Source of the DNA: Ophelia neglecta
Taxonomy: Eukaryota
Length of the DNA: 64,000 bases
Direction of reading: 5' to 3'
NCBI GenBank assembly: GCA_965285935.1
Contig: OZ260666.1
Location: 43,586,001 to 43,650,000, forward strand
Made by a program: the position numbers and the translations under genes. The notes under the pieces are model-generated. The model saw only the letters and a program-made list of their open reading frames with translations. It had not been told where the DNA came from and did not search any database. Shown here piece after piece: positions 51,672 through 64,000 of the stretch; positions within the stretch are counted from its first letter, which is position 1; the number at the start of each line of letters is the position of its first letter.

Positions 51672-53399
51672 AGCATTCTGATAATCTTGCATCGGACCGA
51701 ATGTCTCTAGTATCTATGATGCTCCGTTGTGCAGCTCCAGCTGAAACCAGGGTTTCACGAGACTTATTTATGCTTTCAAGAGTACGTCATAGTAGTTAAT
51801 TTTGTAGTCTTTGCGACTTCCTGTTACTGCATAATGCACAATATACTACGAAGCATATTGATTCTAGCCGTAAAACAAGGTTGCACGTACAAATGAAAAA
51901 CGATGTCTTAGTTTTAATAACTTAACCTGTTGTAATAATTTACACTGATATAAAAGCGGACCTCTCGTAACTTTATGCAACCATTGGCGTTTTTTCTTTC
52001 AGTAGGTAAGAAACAAAACTCATTAAAAATATTCTTGTTCACAAGACAGCTAGCTTTTCAAAAGATAGCAATTCGAGTTTATGGTAAACAAACACAGTAT
52101 CTACAGTATCTGTAGCAATAGAAATTTATGATGTTATGATGGGAATGAGTCTCGAAAAGCAGACAATTGATTCGTCTCTGCCTAACGTCTGCTGAGAGCA
52201 TTTCCCACTTCTTTATCTGTCGACAGCTGACAGTGAAACAGATTAGCTGCACATCTCATTGACAGTCAAAGTCACAAGTCTCACAGGCCGAATTACTCTG
52301 AACCCGAATGTCGATGACCAGAACCTCGGGCGGGATGGACTTAGAACCCAATGGTCATGGAATTTATGTCTTGAATCTAAGAATTAGACAAAGAGGACCC
52401 CATTTATAGATATGTATTATAATCGCACAGGCCTTCGGAAAAAAAACTATAGTTAGCACTTATTAAGGACGAATAGACCAGATAAACGTCACCCATGCCA
52501 TTTACGAAATAAACAAAACATTGGAAAACAATGAAATGCATTCAGTTTAATGCAGAATCACGTATTTAAGTGTTCAGAATAAACCTTGTTTTTGTATAAT
52601 ATACACTTAATAACTGACTCCTATACGTCATCATGCATGGCTCAGAATGATCAGCATCTCCGTTTTCAACTTACTCAGCACGACCGTCAATGTTGTTTAC
52701 GTCGATGCTATATATCGATGCAATGATCTATAGCTCTGTTAAAATAGTGAGCTGGTATTCGGGCGCCTGGCTTGTCATAGACGCAGACATACTGTACTCG
52801 TCTTCTTTAAACTGAGGTTCTGTACTCATGGTGAGGCTCGGGTGGTACCAAACTGCCAGACTTGGCAATTATATGTTGTAATAGGGGTTGTACGCTATCT
52901 GTTGAACAATAAGTTTATAGAGATATTGCTGCCCTGCTTGTTAATGTCACTCGTGGTAAAAGGGTGCTGGCAGTTTTGGCAAACCTGCTTTATACATGTT
53001 CGTAACATGCTCCCGCCTTTACAACATCCAAGAGAGTTCATATAAAAGGGAGATTAACACTTGGGTGTTTCATGTGCTGGTACCAGTTGCCTTTTCAACT
53101 TCGGACTACCAATCTGCTGTAGATGGCGAGTGGTCAATTCCGGTCATGCTAGTACATGTAGATCTAGGGGCAATGCCAGATGGTTCCAATACGAATGAAG
53201 ATCACAAACCCATTCCCGAAATCTGCTCCCTGATGAGTTTTTTTTTATTAGCGGAGGGAAATTAACCACCTGCGCACGATTCTTTTAAGTTCTACAGTAC
53301 TGCACCTTATGATCAATGAGGTGCCTGGAATTAGCCTGCCCATTACTCATTTGTTTGGTAGTAAAGGAAAGGTGATTATATTTATGCAACGTAGCAAGG

Positions 53400-53479
53400 T
53401 AGCGCTTTCATAGCCATGTCATTTGAAGGATAGTTACAGAATTGTACAACTTCTACCTGCTCCTGCTAATCAATTTGAA
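53400..53479 (+). repeat. 80-bp direct repeat, copy 2
   Basis: Matches 51592-51671 with 4 substitutions. Confidence 0.93.
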
Positions 53480-55199
53480 TGTCACTCATAGAAACATGAT
53501 ACTAATTTGATACAATTTGCTGGTAAAGTCCTTTTTAAATTCCGAATGGACCTGTCCAAATATGCCCATCTTCCCAGAAAATGATTTTACTCCCATCATT
53601 ATAATGTAAATAGAAAAAAAGGTTTTTCTCGACTAAGGCGAAAAGCGCACCAACTACTAAAACAGGTTCTAATATAGACATCAATAATCCTAGAGGTATA
53701 CTTGATAAACTGAAAACCGCTTAGCATTGCGCAATGTTAAGCCTATATTGCGAAATGTACATGACGTCACAAAATCCAATCAGCGAAATTTAAATGACAT
53801 CACAATCGTCGTCGGCACAACCCTCCTCCGTACATGTTAATTTTATTTCTTTTAACTGTTAAACTTCACACTCTTTATAATATCTGTTAATAAAACTCCT
53901 TTAAAAATATAAACACACTTAATAACTTTCACTTTTAATTGTCTTTTGCTCGATATCGTCCAGAAAAAAATGCTTTTATCAAAATCGTTTTAGGAATTAA
54001 AATAATGTTGAATTATCATTATGTTTTTCTTCTATTTGAAGATGAATCGTCCACACGCGATGCCATTTCCTTTATAGCCCAGAATTGTACAATGGTATTG
54101 AAAGGCAGGATAAACGTGAAGATTAATTGACTTCTCTTAGACTAGCGGGATATTTACAAACCAGACATGTTTTACCGTGTTTGTAAAGACTGCCTTTAAG
54201 AGAATTCAAACACTAGAAAGCCGATCGATAAGACAATAAATTCGAGTGGTTCCAGAAGCGGGTGGAAATTTGTCCGAGTGTGAGAGTACGGGAAATTGAT
54301 TCTATTGTAGTTCCCCATTAGGCTTTTGACAATTGATCAGGTGTATGCATTTAATTCCACCACAGTGACACTAGCTATATTTGATTTTTTAGAAATTGAC
54401 CTGCACCATTTAGTTGTAGACCTATTATTCATCCCACATCGAGATATGCTGACTCCTGGAACTATCTACGCCGACATCCTTTTTGCACTTAGAATAATGA
54501 ATTACATCGACAGATTACAAAGAGAATAATGCATGGCGAATTTTTGGACTTGAATAGACCTCAACAGCAGACATGGACCTGCTAAAACTGTGTTGCCAGC
54601 AATGCAGAAAAACTATGTTTGTGTCTAAACGATGCGATTGCTTTTTAAATACAATCTAAGCCGGCCTTTGATTCGATACAAGTCAGATCGAGAGCAATGT
54701 TTATGGAGGACTCTCGAAAAAAAAGCTCGTATTGTATATGTATGAGTTCCCGGCACGAAAGCTAATATTGCAAGAAAGCATCCATAGTGAAGGCGCTTTG
54801 GAAGGGGCGTGATACATCCCTAATTACCTTCATGTCGCGCGCTGGAATTTTACCAGTCCCCTCTTAGACATTTTTATCAGGTGGGAGCTCGAGAAGGAGG
54901 ATGTAATAGAGTAGACTAGCCGAAGAGTATATATAGGTATGCGTTGCATGCAGGATAATTGACATTGATTTCCACTTTGGCTTACAAGGCCGGATATGCA
55001 CTGAAGGCAAAATATATATACTGTACCAGTATTTCTTCACTGTTGATACCTCATAACAAGTGTTTTGAAGTTTTCTATATAGCAGAGACATAGCTTATCG
55101 AAAGATAGTGATCATTTGATATTGGGGATCAAGCGGGGGGGGGGGGGGGGCAATTTTAAGTCATTTGTGATCCAAGCCCATGCTGATATTTTGGGACTG

Positions 55200-55300
55200 A
55201 TTTTTATGCCTCCGTCTCCCTAAGGAATGCCAGGAGAATTATGTTTTCGGGTTGTCCATTTGTCCGTCCGTGACAGTGGTTGCTCGCAAGAATGACATTC
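55200..55300 (+). mobile_element. End of a DINE-1/HINE-like (non-autonomous Helentron-type) element
   Basis: tttttatgcctccg...attatgttttcgggttgtcc....gtccgtccgt: T-run, subterminal motif and GTCC microsatellite seed. Confidence 0.5.
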
Positions 55301-56128
55301 TATAAGGGATTACTTGTGGTCTTTTTGACCATTGAGATGTGGTAAAAAGGAGATATAGCAGAAGTTTTTAGGATTTTGAATCCCCAATATCACCTTGAGT
55401 TAAGTCTTTACTGATCGCCAGCGCTCTAGGGTTCCTATGTGCCGAGATTAGGAGTCGATACTAACTATGGACTAAGATGAAATAGCTATTACACTTCCTG
55501 CATACTACTATCCGTCATGCTATGCGTCCATCCAACCATTGGTCTATTATTCCATTAGCAATAACCAAGAAACTGCTTGAAGTTTTGAAGCACAACTGCG
55601 CAGTAGTGAAGCACGTGACAGTAAACTGCATCAGAGAGAATTGGGGAAAGATCGAAAAAACAAGATTTCCGCCACAGGAACAACTTTTTCCCATTTAACA
55701 TCTTTTTGCACATTTTATCATTTTGACAGACCACTGCATTTACTCAATACTGCGCAAAAACTTTTCGTGCTTCATACATTCTTTACATGGCTCTATATCG
55801 GAGGTACAGAGCAAGAGGGAGGTACATTTACGAATTCACGAGATTATGACAAAGCACTCTACCTATATAACCCTGTCCCTAATCCTTTCCCTGAATCTAA
55901 AAATTACCCCAGGCATAGCCCGAGCCTTGCTGACCATTACATTTGTTTCGTGCCCTTCAAAATGTCCATGACCTCCGCCTCCGCACCTCCGTGTTAGTCC
56001 ATATAGTCTATCAGGTCATAATGCCTCCATATCATGCTATGAAATATATTTATGTTCACTGGTCATTCTCTACTGTAAAATGGATGCGCTATGTTGTCTT
56101 AATTACCTAAGCGCATAGTGCAAAAAGT

Positions 56129-56830
56129 ATATATATATATATTTATTCATTTCCTCCACAAGCGAAGAGTACATAAATTATAGGCATGTTAAATGACATT
56201 TAAACATATGATAGGAAAAGAAAAGGCAGTACAATTATAACAATTAAACTATTTCAAACAAACAAAAGAAAATGTAGAATGAAAAAATGCTCATATTTTA
56301 AATGTTCAGTAACAGTCTAGGATGAGTAGTTTGCAGAGGGCGTCCATGGCATTGATGACTGTAAGAAGAAAAACTTGGATGGGGAGCTATGGAATCCGAG
56401 AGACCCGACGGCCAGGTCAGGCATCGGCGATTCCAGTCGCTAGTGTGGGGCAAAGGGAAACTAGGAAATAATCAATAAATCTGTCGATTGTCGATCTGTC
56501 AATTGTCCGACTTAAAATATTGCATAACATCTCAAGGATGACGGCCGCGAATCCATATTGTGACCTGTATATTCGGAAGGCAGCAAAACAATATGTTGTT
56601 GCGTAACGAAGCCGGGCCAAGTGGCATACCATTTCATTCAGAACATAAGTTGGAGCTGAGGAAGGTTGATAACTTGTTGTCTAATATGGGTTCTGACTGT
56701 GTTGATCTATTCATAGTGCAAAGCTATTTTCCTCAAGTTACCGAGAAAAGGGGGAATGATCTCAAGATGACATATCTTCAAAGACTTATTTCCCACAAAA
56801 ATCTACAATTGAATATTTCAAAATAATGTC
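56129..56830 (-). mobile_element. CR1-group LINE 3' fragment
   Basis: Minus-strand KFFLLTVINAMDAL resembles the RT terminal SFfp..i..wN.L motif; ends in gaataaa plus a (TA)n tail at about 56129-56147. Confidence 0.5.
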
Positions 56831-59800
56831 GTCAAACAAAGTCAGATAGCAACCAATTTGTTCATACTTATCCGAGGACGAACTGAAAATATGAAAAAGA
56901 GCAAAGCTGTCAATTATTAGTGTAAGAGTTTCGGCAGTTCAAACCTTAGGGAAGGTGACATCCTAAAAAAGAGGGGAAAGTTGGAAAATGGTTAGTCGCG
57001 TTCATTTGGTTTTTCTTTTTTACTATTGAGCTATATTGTAATGGGCATATATCTGAAATTTAAACATTATGTATAGCGGTTATATTATAGCAGACCTATA
57101 TTTTCCTGCATTTTTCATTGTTGACAAGTCTATGATGGACAAGTGCAGATGGGCTAGTGCTGCCTCGCTGCGGAATTTTAGCAAGGAAGGCTATTTGTTC
57201 ACCGATTTGAGGAAGTGGCGTAACTCTCGGATGGAATCTACTGCTGCAGTAGATTCGTAATTCCGAATTTACTGCATTAACAATGGTGTGACGTCACAAC
57301 AAGATTTCAACGAAAACTAAAAGCCGTCATTATAGACCTATTCACTACTACTTCATTCACGCAACGAACAAAATAGGGGCCTCAACACTTCTAGCATCAA
57401 GAAACATATTTCCCTGAATAAATTATAACCTTCGCGACATCGCGTTGAAACTCTAAGAAATTATTGTTTTATGGCTTAACAAACTTTACTATGAATTGTT
57501 GTGCAATAAGCCTGGGCTCGTCGTTAAAACCGCTAACACTTCATCCCACATTTACAAACTGTGCATTAGCTACCCATTCTATAGTACATTCTTCCGAAAT
57601 ATGTTTGCTGTATTCAATTCGTATAAGAACCTGATTCCAGATTATCTGTAAGGGGTATGTATATATACATATCTTTTCACTAATACAACAGCCTCTCCGT
57701 ATCACTACGCTCGGTAACTGGATGGTCTGCTCTGCGTGCCATCCCCCACTGGAGCCAACTTGACATATTGACGCTTCCTGGGAAACATCATAAAAAAAAC
57801 CAAAATGAGTGGTCATTATTTTAGACTGTTGTCTGAAACGTTGATTCAAGTTCAAAACCTGATTGAAAAAGGTTACAAATCATCTTCGCTGCACTAGGTT
57901 TTCGATAATTGGAACTTATTATAGGTAAGGATGAGTTTCGAAGTAATTTGGTATGGCATTTAGACTAGTGTGTTATGCGATAAAAAATGTAGAAATGCCT
58001 CAACTTAAGTCTCTCAAATGTATGAACTCTCATAATTGACATTTGTGTATTTGATTGGTGCAATTTTAACCAGTCTATCATGACATATATAGATTATAAG
58101 CGCTATAAACCGAAAAACATCTTGTGCAACGGGTTTTACCGGATTAGAAATTGGTGTTTTCAATAGAACGTGAGAGATAAAGCTGGTGAGTGAATATCTG
58201 GCAGATTAGACTACTTGTGGTAACGGTTACATCCGGCGAATCACGTAATGCTTTCAGATAAACAATGGTGATAGGCTCATTTATATTGACTTGGTTTTTT
58301 TTTATCACTAGGAGAACACTTCGGTTTTAAGAAGAATTGGAACGCTTCTGGCTTGTTGGTGACATATAGGCTACTCCACTTACATTACTATTTATACCAT
58401 ACCGGAATATTGTACTGAGTATACTTCTAGAAGAATTCGTTCTGAAGAATCGTCTGAAAGGTTCACATTTCTCTCCTTGCATCCCACAACATAAACATAC
58501 CGTGGTCGACGGTTTCAAAGAAGGCAACACAAATTAAAGGAAAGGGCACAAACAGTGGCCATACAGGGTCGGTCCACTGCTAATACTATTATCTTCTCAA
58601 CCTCAAGCATTGCTAGCTTTGTTGACCTTCCCTGCCGAAAGCCAATTATATCAATGAAGCAGCTTAAGTTCATTGTGGCAAAGAGATAAGTATGTTTTAC
58701 CAAAGCATTTCCAGCAAAGGCAGCCGGTAATTGATAAAATCATCGGGTTTCTAGTTTACACAATAGAAATAATAAACGTGTCTTGTGCGTTTATCGCCGA
58801 GTGAGGCGGAGATGGCATTTATTTTCATTATTTAAAGATATCCCATTAATGTCCTATTTCTAGGCGACGTGTGATACAAACAAATTTATTAAAAACTGCT
58901 TATATTTCGATTTATTTTTAGGCGAGGGAAATTTATGACTTCTCGCGTGAATGTTTCTTCTGCCTTTTATATTTCCTTGAAATACTTCTGTAAGCCGACT
59001 CTCTTTATAAGTAGAGTCGACCTGGAAGTTGGAAAAAATATTGCATAGCAGTCACATTGAGCATGCAGAAAGGAAAGCTGTAAAGGCGTGTTGAGAGCAG
59101 TCATTAGTAGTAACATTGTTCCAAATGTTCAAATGCATGTGCTGTTGAAAAAAAGAAATGTATTTTTTACTAGAGTTTCTTTATTTAATTGAAATTTATT
59201 GTCGGTAATAGAAAAAGCGTGTTGACGAAATATATTATATAAAAGTTTCCGTACAATGTTGAATGGTTTTTTTTTTGTATTTTTAACTTATAATCTATGA
59301 GAGATATGTTAGTCGACCTTGTTATTAAAGTAAAGTATCATACACATAAATAACTCCAATTGACACAAATATCCTACAAATGCCAACCCTAAAATGAACA
59401 GTACATATGTGACTGTTGTAAATCGGAGTTATATAGGGCAATTTCCGGCGCCAAATTGAATGACTTTGAAACGACCTTTAACTTTTCCAAAAAATGGCAT
59501 CCAAATTTTCTCATGAGAAGACCCCACAGTAATGTACCCCCCCCCCCTCACCAAAGTAAAGCAATTAAAAGTTAAATTTGATATTCTCTTGTCCAGCTAA
59601 CACATCCGTTCATCGAGTGTAGCATTTTGGGCTTTGAATGTGACATGGAAAGAGGAGACAACAGGAGAACTTACTATTTCGAAAATTTTGAAAAAAAATG
59701 GGATTTTAATTAGGTATTTATTTAGACACTTACATACAATCGAAAAATATACAGATAACATTATATATAGATAACAAGATATATAGTATTCAGTCAGATT

Positions 59801-62088
59801 ACCAAGGTGTCACAGGTAATTTATAATCACAGCTATCAAAGCAGGGTAAAGTACGACCAGGACGCCGCTCCATCCTATTAGACATACGAGCGTGGGAGAT
59901 TTTTGATTTTATTTACCATACGTGTATATGCCTTAGCATGTGGATGTGTCTTCTAGACGGAACGCGGTGTCATTCGATGTCATATGTACATGAAGGATGT
60001 AAGGGATGGATGAGTGGGCTTCATATTATTATTATAAATTTCATATATGTGTATGTTTTATCTGATTATTTTCTATTGATGTGGTTCTGGAAACATAATC
60101 CTTCCACGTTTTATCTTTCGTTGGCATCTACAATGATGTTTGAGAATTAAGGTGTTGTTCCCGAGGAAGTGTTTTTTAATCATAACGTTTACGAATTGGT
60201 CAGCGACGACAAAGTTGCATCATCACAACAGACTAACCGAAGTACTTTATTGATGTTTGTTTGAATACGATAATTAACCATGGCTATGCAGATATAAATT
60301 ATAGGACACTACTTTCAGCGATTCTTGCCTAAACATGCATAAACAATTCTGAATGCCCCTCCTGTCGACAATTCATCAAGAATGTATTGTTGTATAAGCT
60401 GGTCAGGCGGCAGAATGAGACTAGCTGTTGCATATATGTTGCGTAGTACAATAACATATCTATTGTCTCGTTGCTGTTAACGTTTGCAGCAAAACAATAT
60501 TTCAAACATTACCCATCAACTGCCGACGATTGCTCCCTGGTGTGCTCTACAATAAGTAGAGAGGTTTTGTGCACCTGCGTGTAGATACAAATGGGCGCCA
60601 AGATTCCATTTTTATTACACATTCCGGTGCTATAATACACTTTGTATTAAATTGTCTGCTGTTACCTGTCCATAGCGTGCAAAACTGATTTATAGTGATC
60701 AAATTAGTGTTATATTGAACAGAAAACATCATGTATAATTTACGCTACCATTTTCATGGACAAAAAGCTTTCTGCCTTGTAACTTACTTTGGGGAGGGGT
60801 ATGCAACTTGTGTGTGAAAAATTGAGGGTATTTGTCAGCAACTGTCAGTCGAACCACATCTAATTGCACATCATTCTAGATACAACCATTTGGTTTTGAA
60901 TCGCATCCACATTAAAGGGCTGTTTACAACTATTATTCCAGGAAGGTGAACATGTGTCTGGATAGCATTTTTCCGAAGTATTGTGGAATTTTCCTTTTTA
61001 TTTGTTTATGTGATTTTATTATAGTTTGATAGGCCTAAGTAAAATCAACATAATGTTCCAAATTTATCTCTATTATCACTATTAATATTTCCATTTTTTG
61101 TATTAACACACGTTACTCTTTGTATATATTTTTTCCAAACGCAAAGTATTATACGCCTAGATGCCAATGTGCACTTTGGCTCCACTGTTCACAATTACAG
61201 CAGTGTGTGTTGTCGGTAATAATCTGGGTACTGAAATATTTTTGGAAGTAGATTATTCTATAGCAGTTCCTGTCGGTCATATTTAGTTAAAATGATTCTT
61301 CTAATGGGAAATTTTAATTCTTGCTGAAATAATATCTTTGACCTAGCGGTATAATAAAAACGAGAATGAACAAAAAGCTATATGTGACATGAACTGTTTA
61401 GCTCAGAAACCGAAATCACCAACAGAGGTAAAAATGAGGACATTTACATTCAAATTCTTCGCATTATTCACTACGGCATGTTTCATCAGTGAATATAATT
61501 ATTTTTTAATGCAGTGACTTCTTTGTTTACAAGTATACAAGTATACTCCACAACGAAGTAAGATGTACAATTGTACGCCGCTATTTTATATACAGATATA
61601 ATGACTTCCTCTTAATTTTGCTCGTGTATACCATTTTTTAAGCATAGTTTTGATTGCTGAAAAAGCTACAAATTTAACAGTTGCACAATATTACTTTATG
61701 GGGTTAGTCTTGTATTGAGTTCTGTAGCGTTTTTCCTGAGAAACGCTTCCAAACCATGGCCTCTTGAGATGTGATTGTGTACCTCATACCTTCCTCTGGT
61801 AATCACTCTGCTAAATAAGTGACCAATTACTGCGACAATGATTACCTTAAACCAGAATTACCCCTTGAGGACCGTTATCGAACTGTGTATTTGAAACGCA
61901 AACACAGCAAAGCTATGGCTATATATAGTCTAAGAGTTATAAATATTAACGTTTTATGAACGCAGCTGGAGATGTGGGTATTTATAAGATCTATGCACAT
62001 GTCTTTTTTTAAAATCATCTGCTACAGTGCAGTCACTGTTACAACTGTGCATACAGGTGTATAGATGAAAACGAATCGTGTTATGAAA

Positions 62089-62139
62089 ACAGATGAAGGT
62101 GTCGAGACGGGACGGGATTATATCGACACCTTCATCTGT
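62089..62139. repeat. Perfect 17-bp inverted repeat with 17-nt loop
   Basis: acagatgaaggtgtcga (62089-62105) / tcgacaccttcatctgt (62123-62139). Confidence 0.95.
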
Positions 62140-62189
62140 ACATAAATTGCCATCCTACGCCATGAAATAAAGCTATACTTTTAACCCTG

Positions 62190-64000
62190 GATATTTCTCA
62201 TTACTACAAAATGGGAAATATCCAAGGTAGTATTTCATATCCTGCACCCATTCTATTACGTCTGGGTCGCCACTTTTTGTTGGCCTACCATTCAATTTTG
62301 GAAAACTTTTCTCCTTGGACACTGAAAAAGGTCTAGGGAGCCCTGGTGCCTAAACATTTAAGGGGTTTGGGGGCATCATTGGGGAATTGGATGAAGCGGT
62401 CTGATGAGTCAAATGGTCATCTCCATTAGGTGCGGCCGTTGCGCCTAGAATACGTGTGGGGCGATTAGATTCAACCTTCTCCTTATAAGCTTTAAAGCAT
62501 GATGTGAGCTCTTCAAGTTGAGCCTGTAATTGTTTGTAATCCCTCATGGATACAGATGCTGTGTCCTTATGGGACTGTAACTCTTCACCCTTTTCTGGTG
62601 AATCAGACATTTTGCCAGATATGGATGGATGAATATAGGACAAAGACCCAATTTTCTACTTCGAGATTGTAAATTTTTACACTCTAGACTATGAAGAGAT
62701 GATGATGATGAGACATGCGATGATGACTAAGGGTACCTGTGATAGCCACATGTGGATTCCAACCACGTACACCTACTAAAGAGGAACACGGTTATGGCTA
62801 TGTGGGACTTATCAACCTTCATTAATTGTATAGATTTGATTGATGAATGATAGGATACTGTGATGTATTGATAATTGATGTGGGATGATCTAGGTTTCTA
62901 TACTATATACTTATCATATACACATCACATACATATCATGCGCAACATTACAGCAATAACCCGATGTATATCACGTACCATGCAAAATACATGCAAACAT
63001 ATTCAGAATTGAAATAAAATGAATTTACATTCAACATCAACCATGCTCAGGAACAAAAGTTAAGGTACTAGTCGTGATCAATTTACACGAGTACACACAC
63101 TGTATTACATGCAGATAAATCATAATTGACATAATAGAATATTCATTCCATTCACACACATATACACATTCACAACCACATATATGTTCATTCTAAATAT
63201 TTACAAAGTTGTACGTAAGGTTTCTCTTCAAAGATAATTAATAACTAGTGAGTTGTATATTTCGATTATTAATTGACAGGCCATGCAATACTCCCCTCAT
63301 GCAAGTAAGTTGTGTTGTAGCGGGACAATATATACCTTCGCTACAAAGTGATTCGAAGTTTTTGTAACCGCAGTAGTGGAACATAGGCATACATGTACCA
63401 CAAGAACACAATTCCACAAGACTTTGTACTAAGTCCGGATTTCTACTAGTATTACATGTAAGTTGTATCCACAACATACACGTTCAGGACAATGACAATT
63501 AACATGCAAGTAACAGGAGTAGAAATAAACATGACAGTTCAATAGGTACTAGTAATTGTCAATGTTGTTCTACTAATATGGTTATAAAATCAGTTATCAC
63601 TATCACACATGTAAACAAACAAGACGCATGCGATGTTCAGTGAATCTACACAAGTTCCTAAAACTGAACGGAGTTATGAAATAATGGTGAAAATCTATTC
63701 TACATGCATGTTATGTTCAATGATAATTGTCAATAGTGGAATTAAATGTTGCTAAGTTCAATACACTCTGTGACTTACTGTCAAAATACTCGCTTGTGGT
63801 AAACACGTTCCGAAACGATCATGAAGTCCTGTATTGTTTACGGTGGAAGTGAATGGAAAATCCGAGCATGCGTAGTAGAGGAAGTAGCCCAGTGGCGAAG
63901 CAAGTTTTCGCTGGTTCCATGCCCACAGCTGGTCGGCAAGTCCTGTTCAGCGAAGCGGCACGAGGCTGGCCGGGATTGCCCGAAAGCTGTGAAAGCTGCT
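62190..64000 (-). mobile_element. Gypsy LTR retrotransposon 5' portion (long leader plus truncated PNMA-like gag), continuing beyond the window
   Basis: ORF 62350..62643 (coiled-coil N-terminus) continues in frame past one TAG as APGLPRPFSVSKEKSFPKLNGRPTKSGDPDVIEWVQDMKYYL, matching the gag motif kl.kFsG.p...gd..feeW..dm. No pol or LTR seen in the window; assigning 62650-64000 as leader is inferred. Confidence 0.7.

Noticed and set aside
57541-57855. Minus-strand ORF with sushi-like CQVGSSGGW after an acceptor
   Set aside because: No other domain cysteines in register and no clear donor.

Overview
This is AT-rich eukaryotic (invertebrate animal) genomic DNA, not prokaryotic: coding density is low, introns are GT-AG, decayed transposons are common, and the TAGGCCTA octamer recurs (suggestive of an echinoderm-like genome; inference only). 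One protein-coding gene can be reconstructed with confidence. It is a + strand gene with four coding exons (21666-21783, 24300-24530, 26014-26511, 26730-27535; three phase-1 introns; 550 aa). It encodes a type I membrane glycoprotein: signal peptide, one IgGFc-binding (FCGBP N-terminal-like) domain, a transmembrane helix, and a short tail ending in a KVSP (VxP-type) motif. At the left end, a promoter-like region with RFX X-box-like sites and up to three candidate minus-strand first exons may belong to a gene leaving the window. The rest is intronic or intergenic and holds TE relics: a CR1/L2-group LINE whose ORF1 is joined in frame to the end of ORF2, L2 and CR1 fragments, a Gypsy gag running off the right end, probable piggyBac and Gypsy integrase relics, MITEs, and tandem or dispersed repeats. 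Nearly all short ORFs in the supplied track look spurious. I found no CRISPR array, rRNA or convincing tRNA, and no clearly new multi-gene system. All family assignments come from motif recognition by eye, not database searches.
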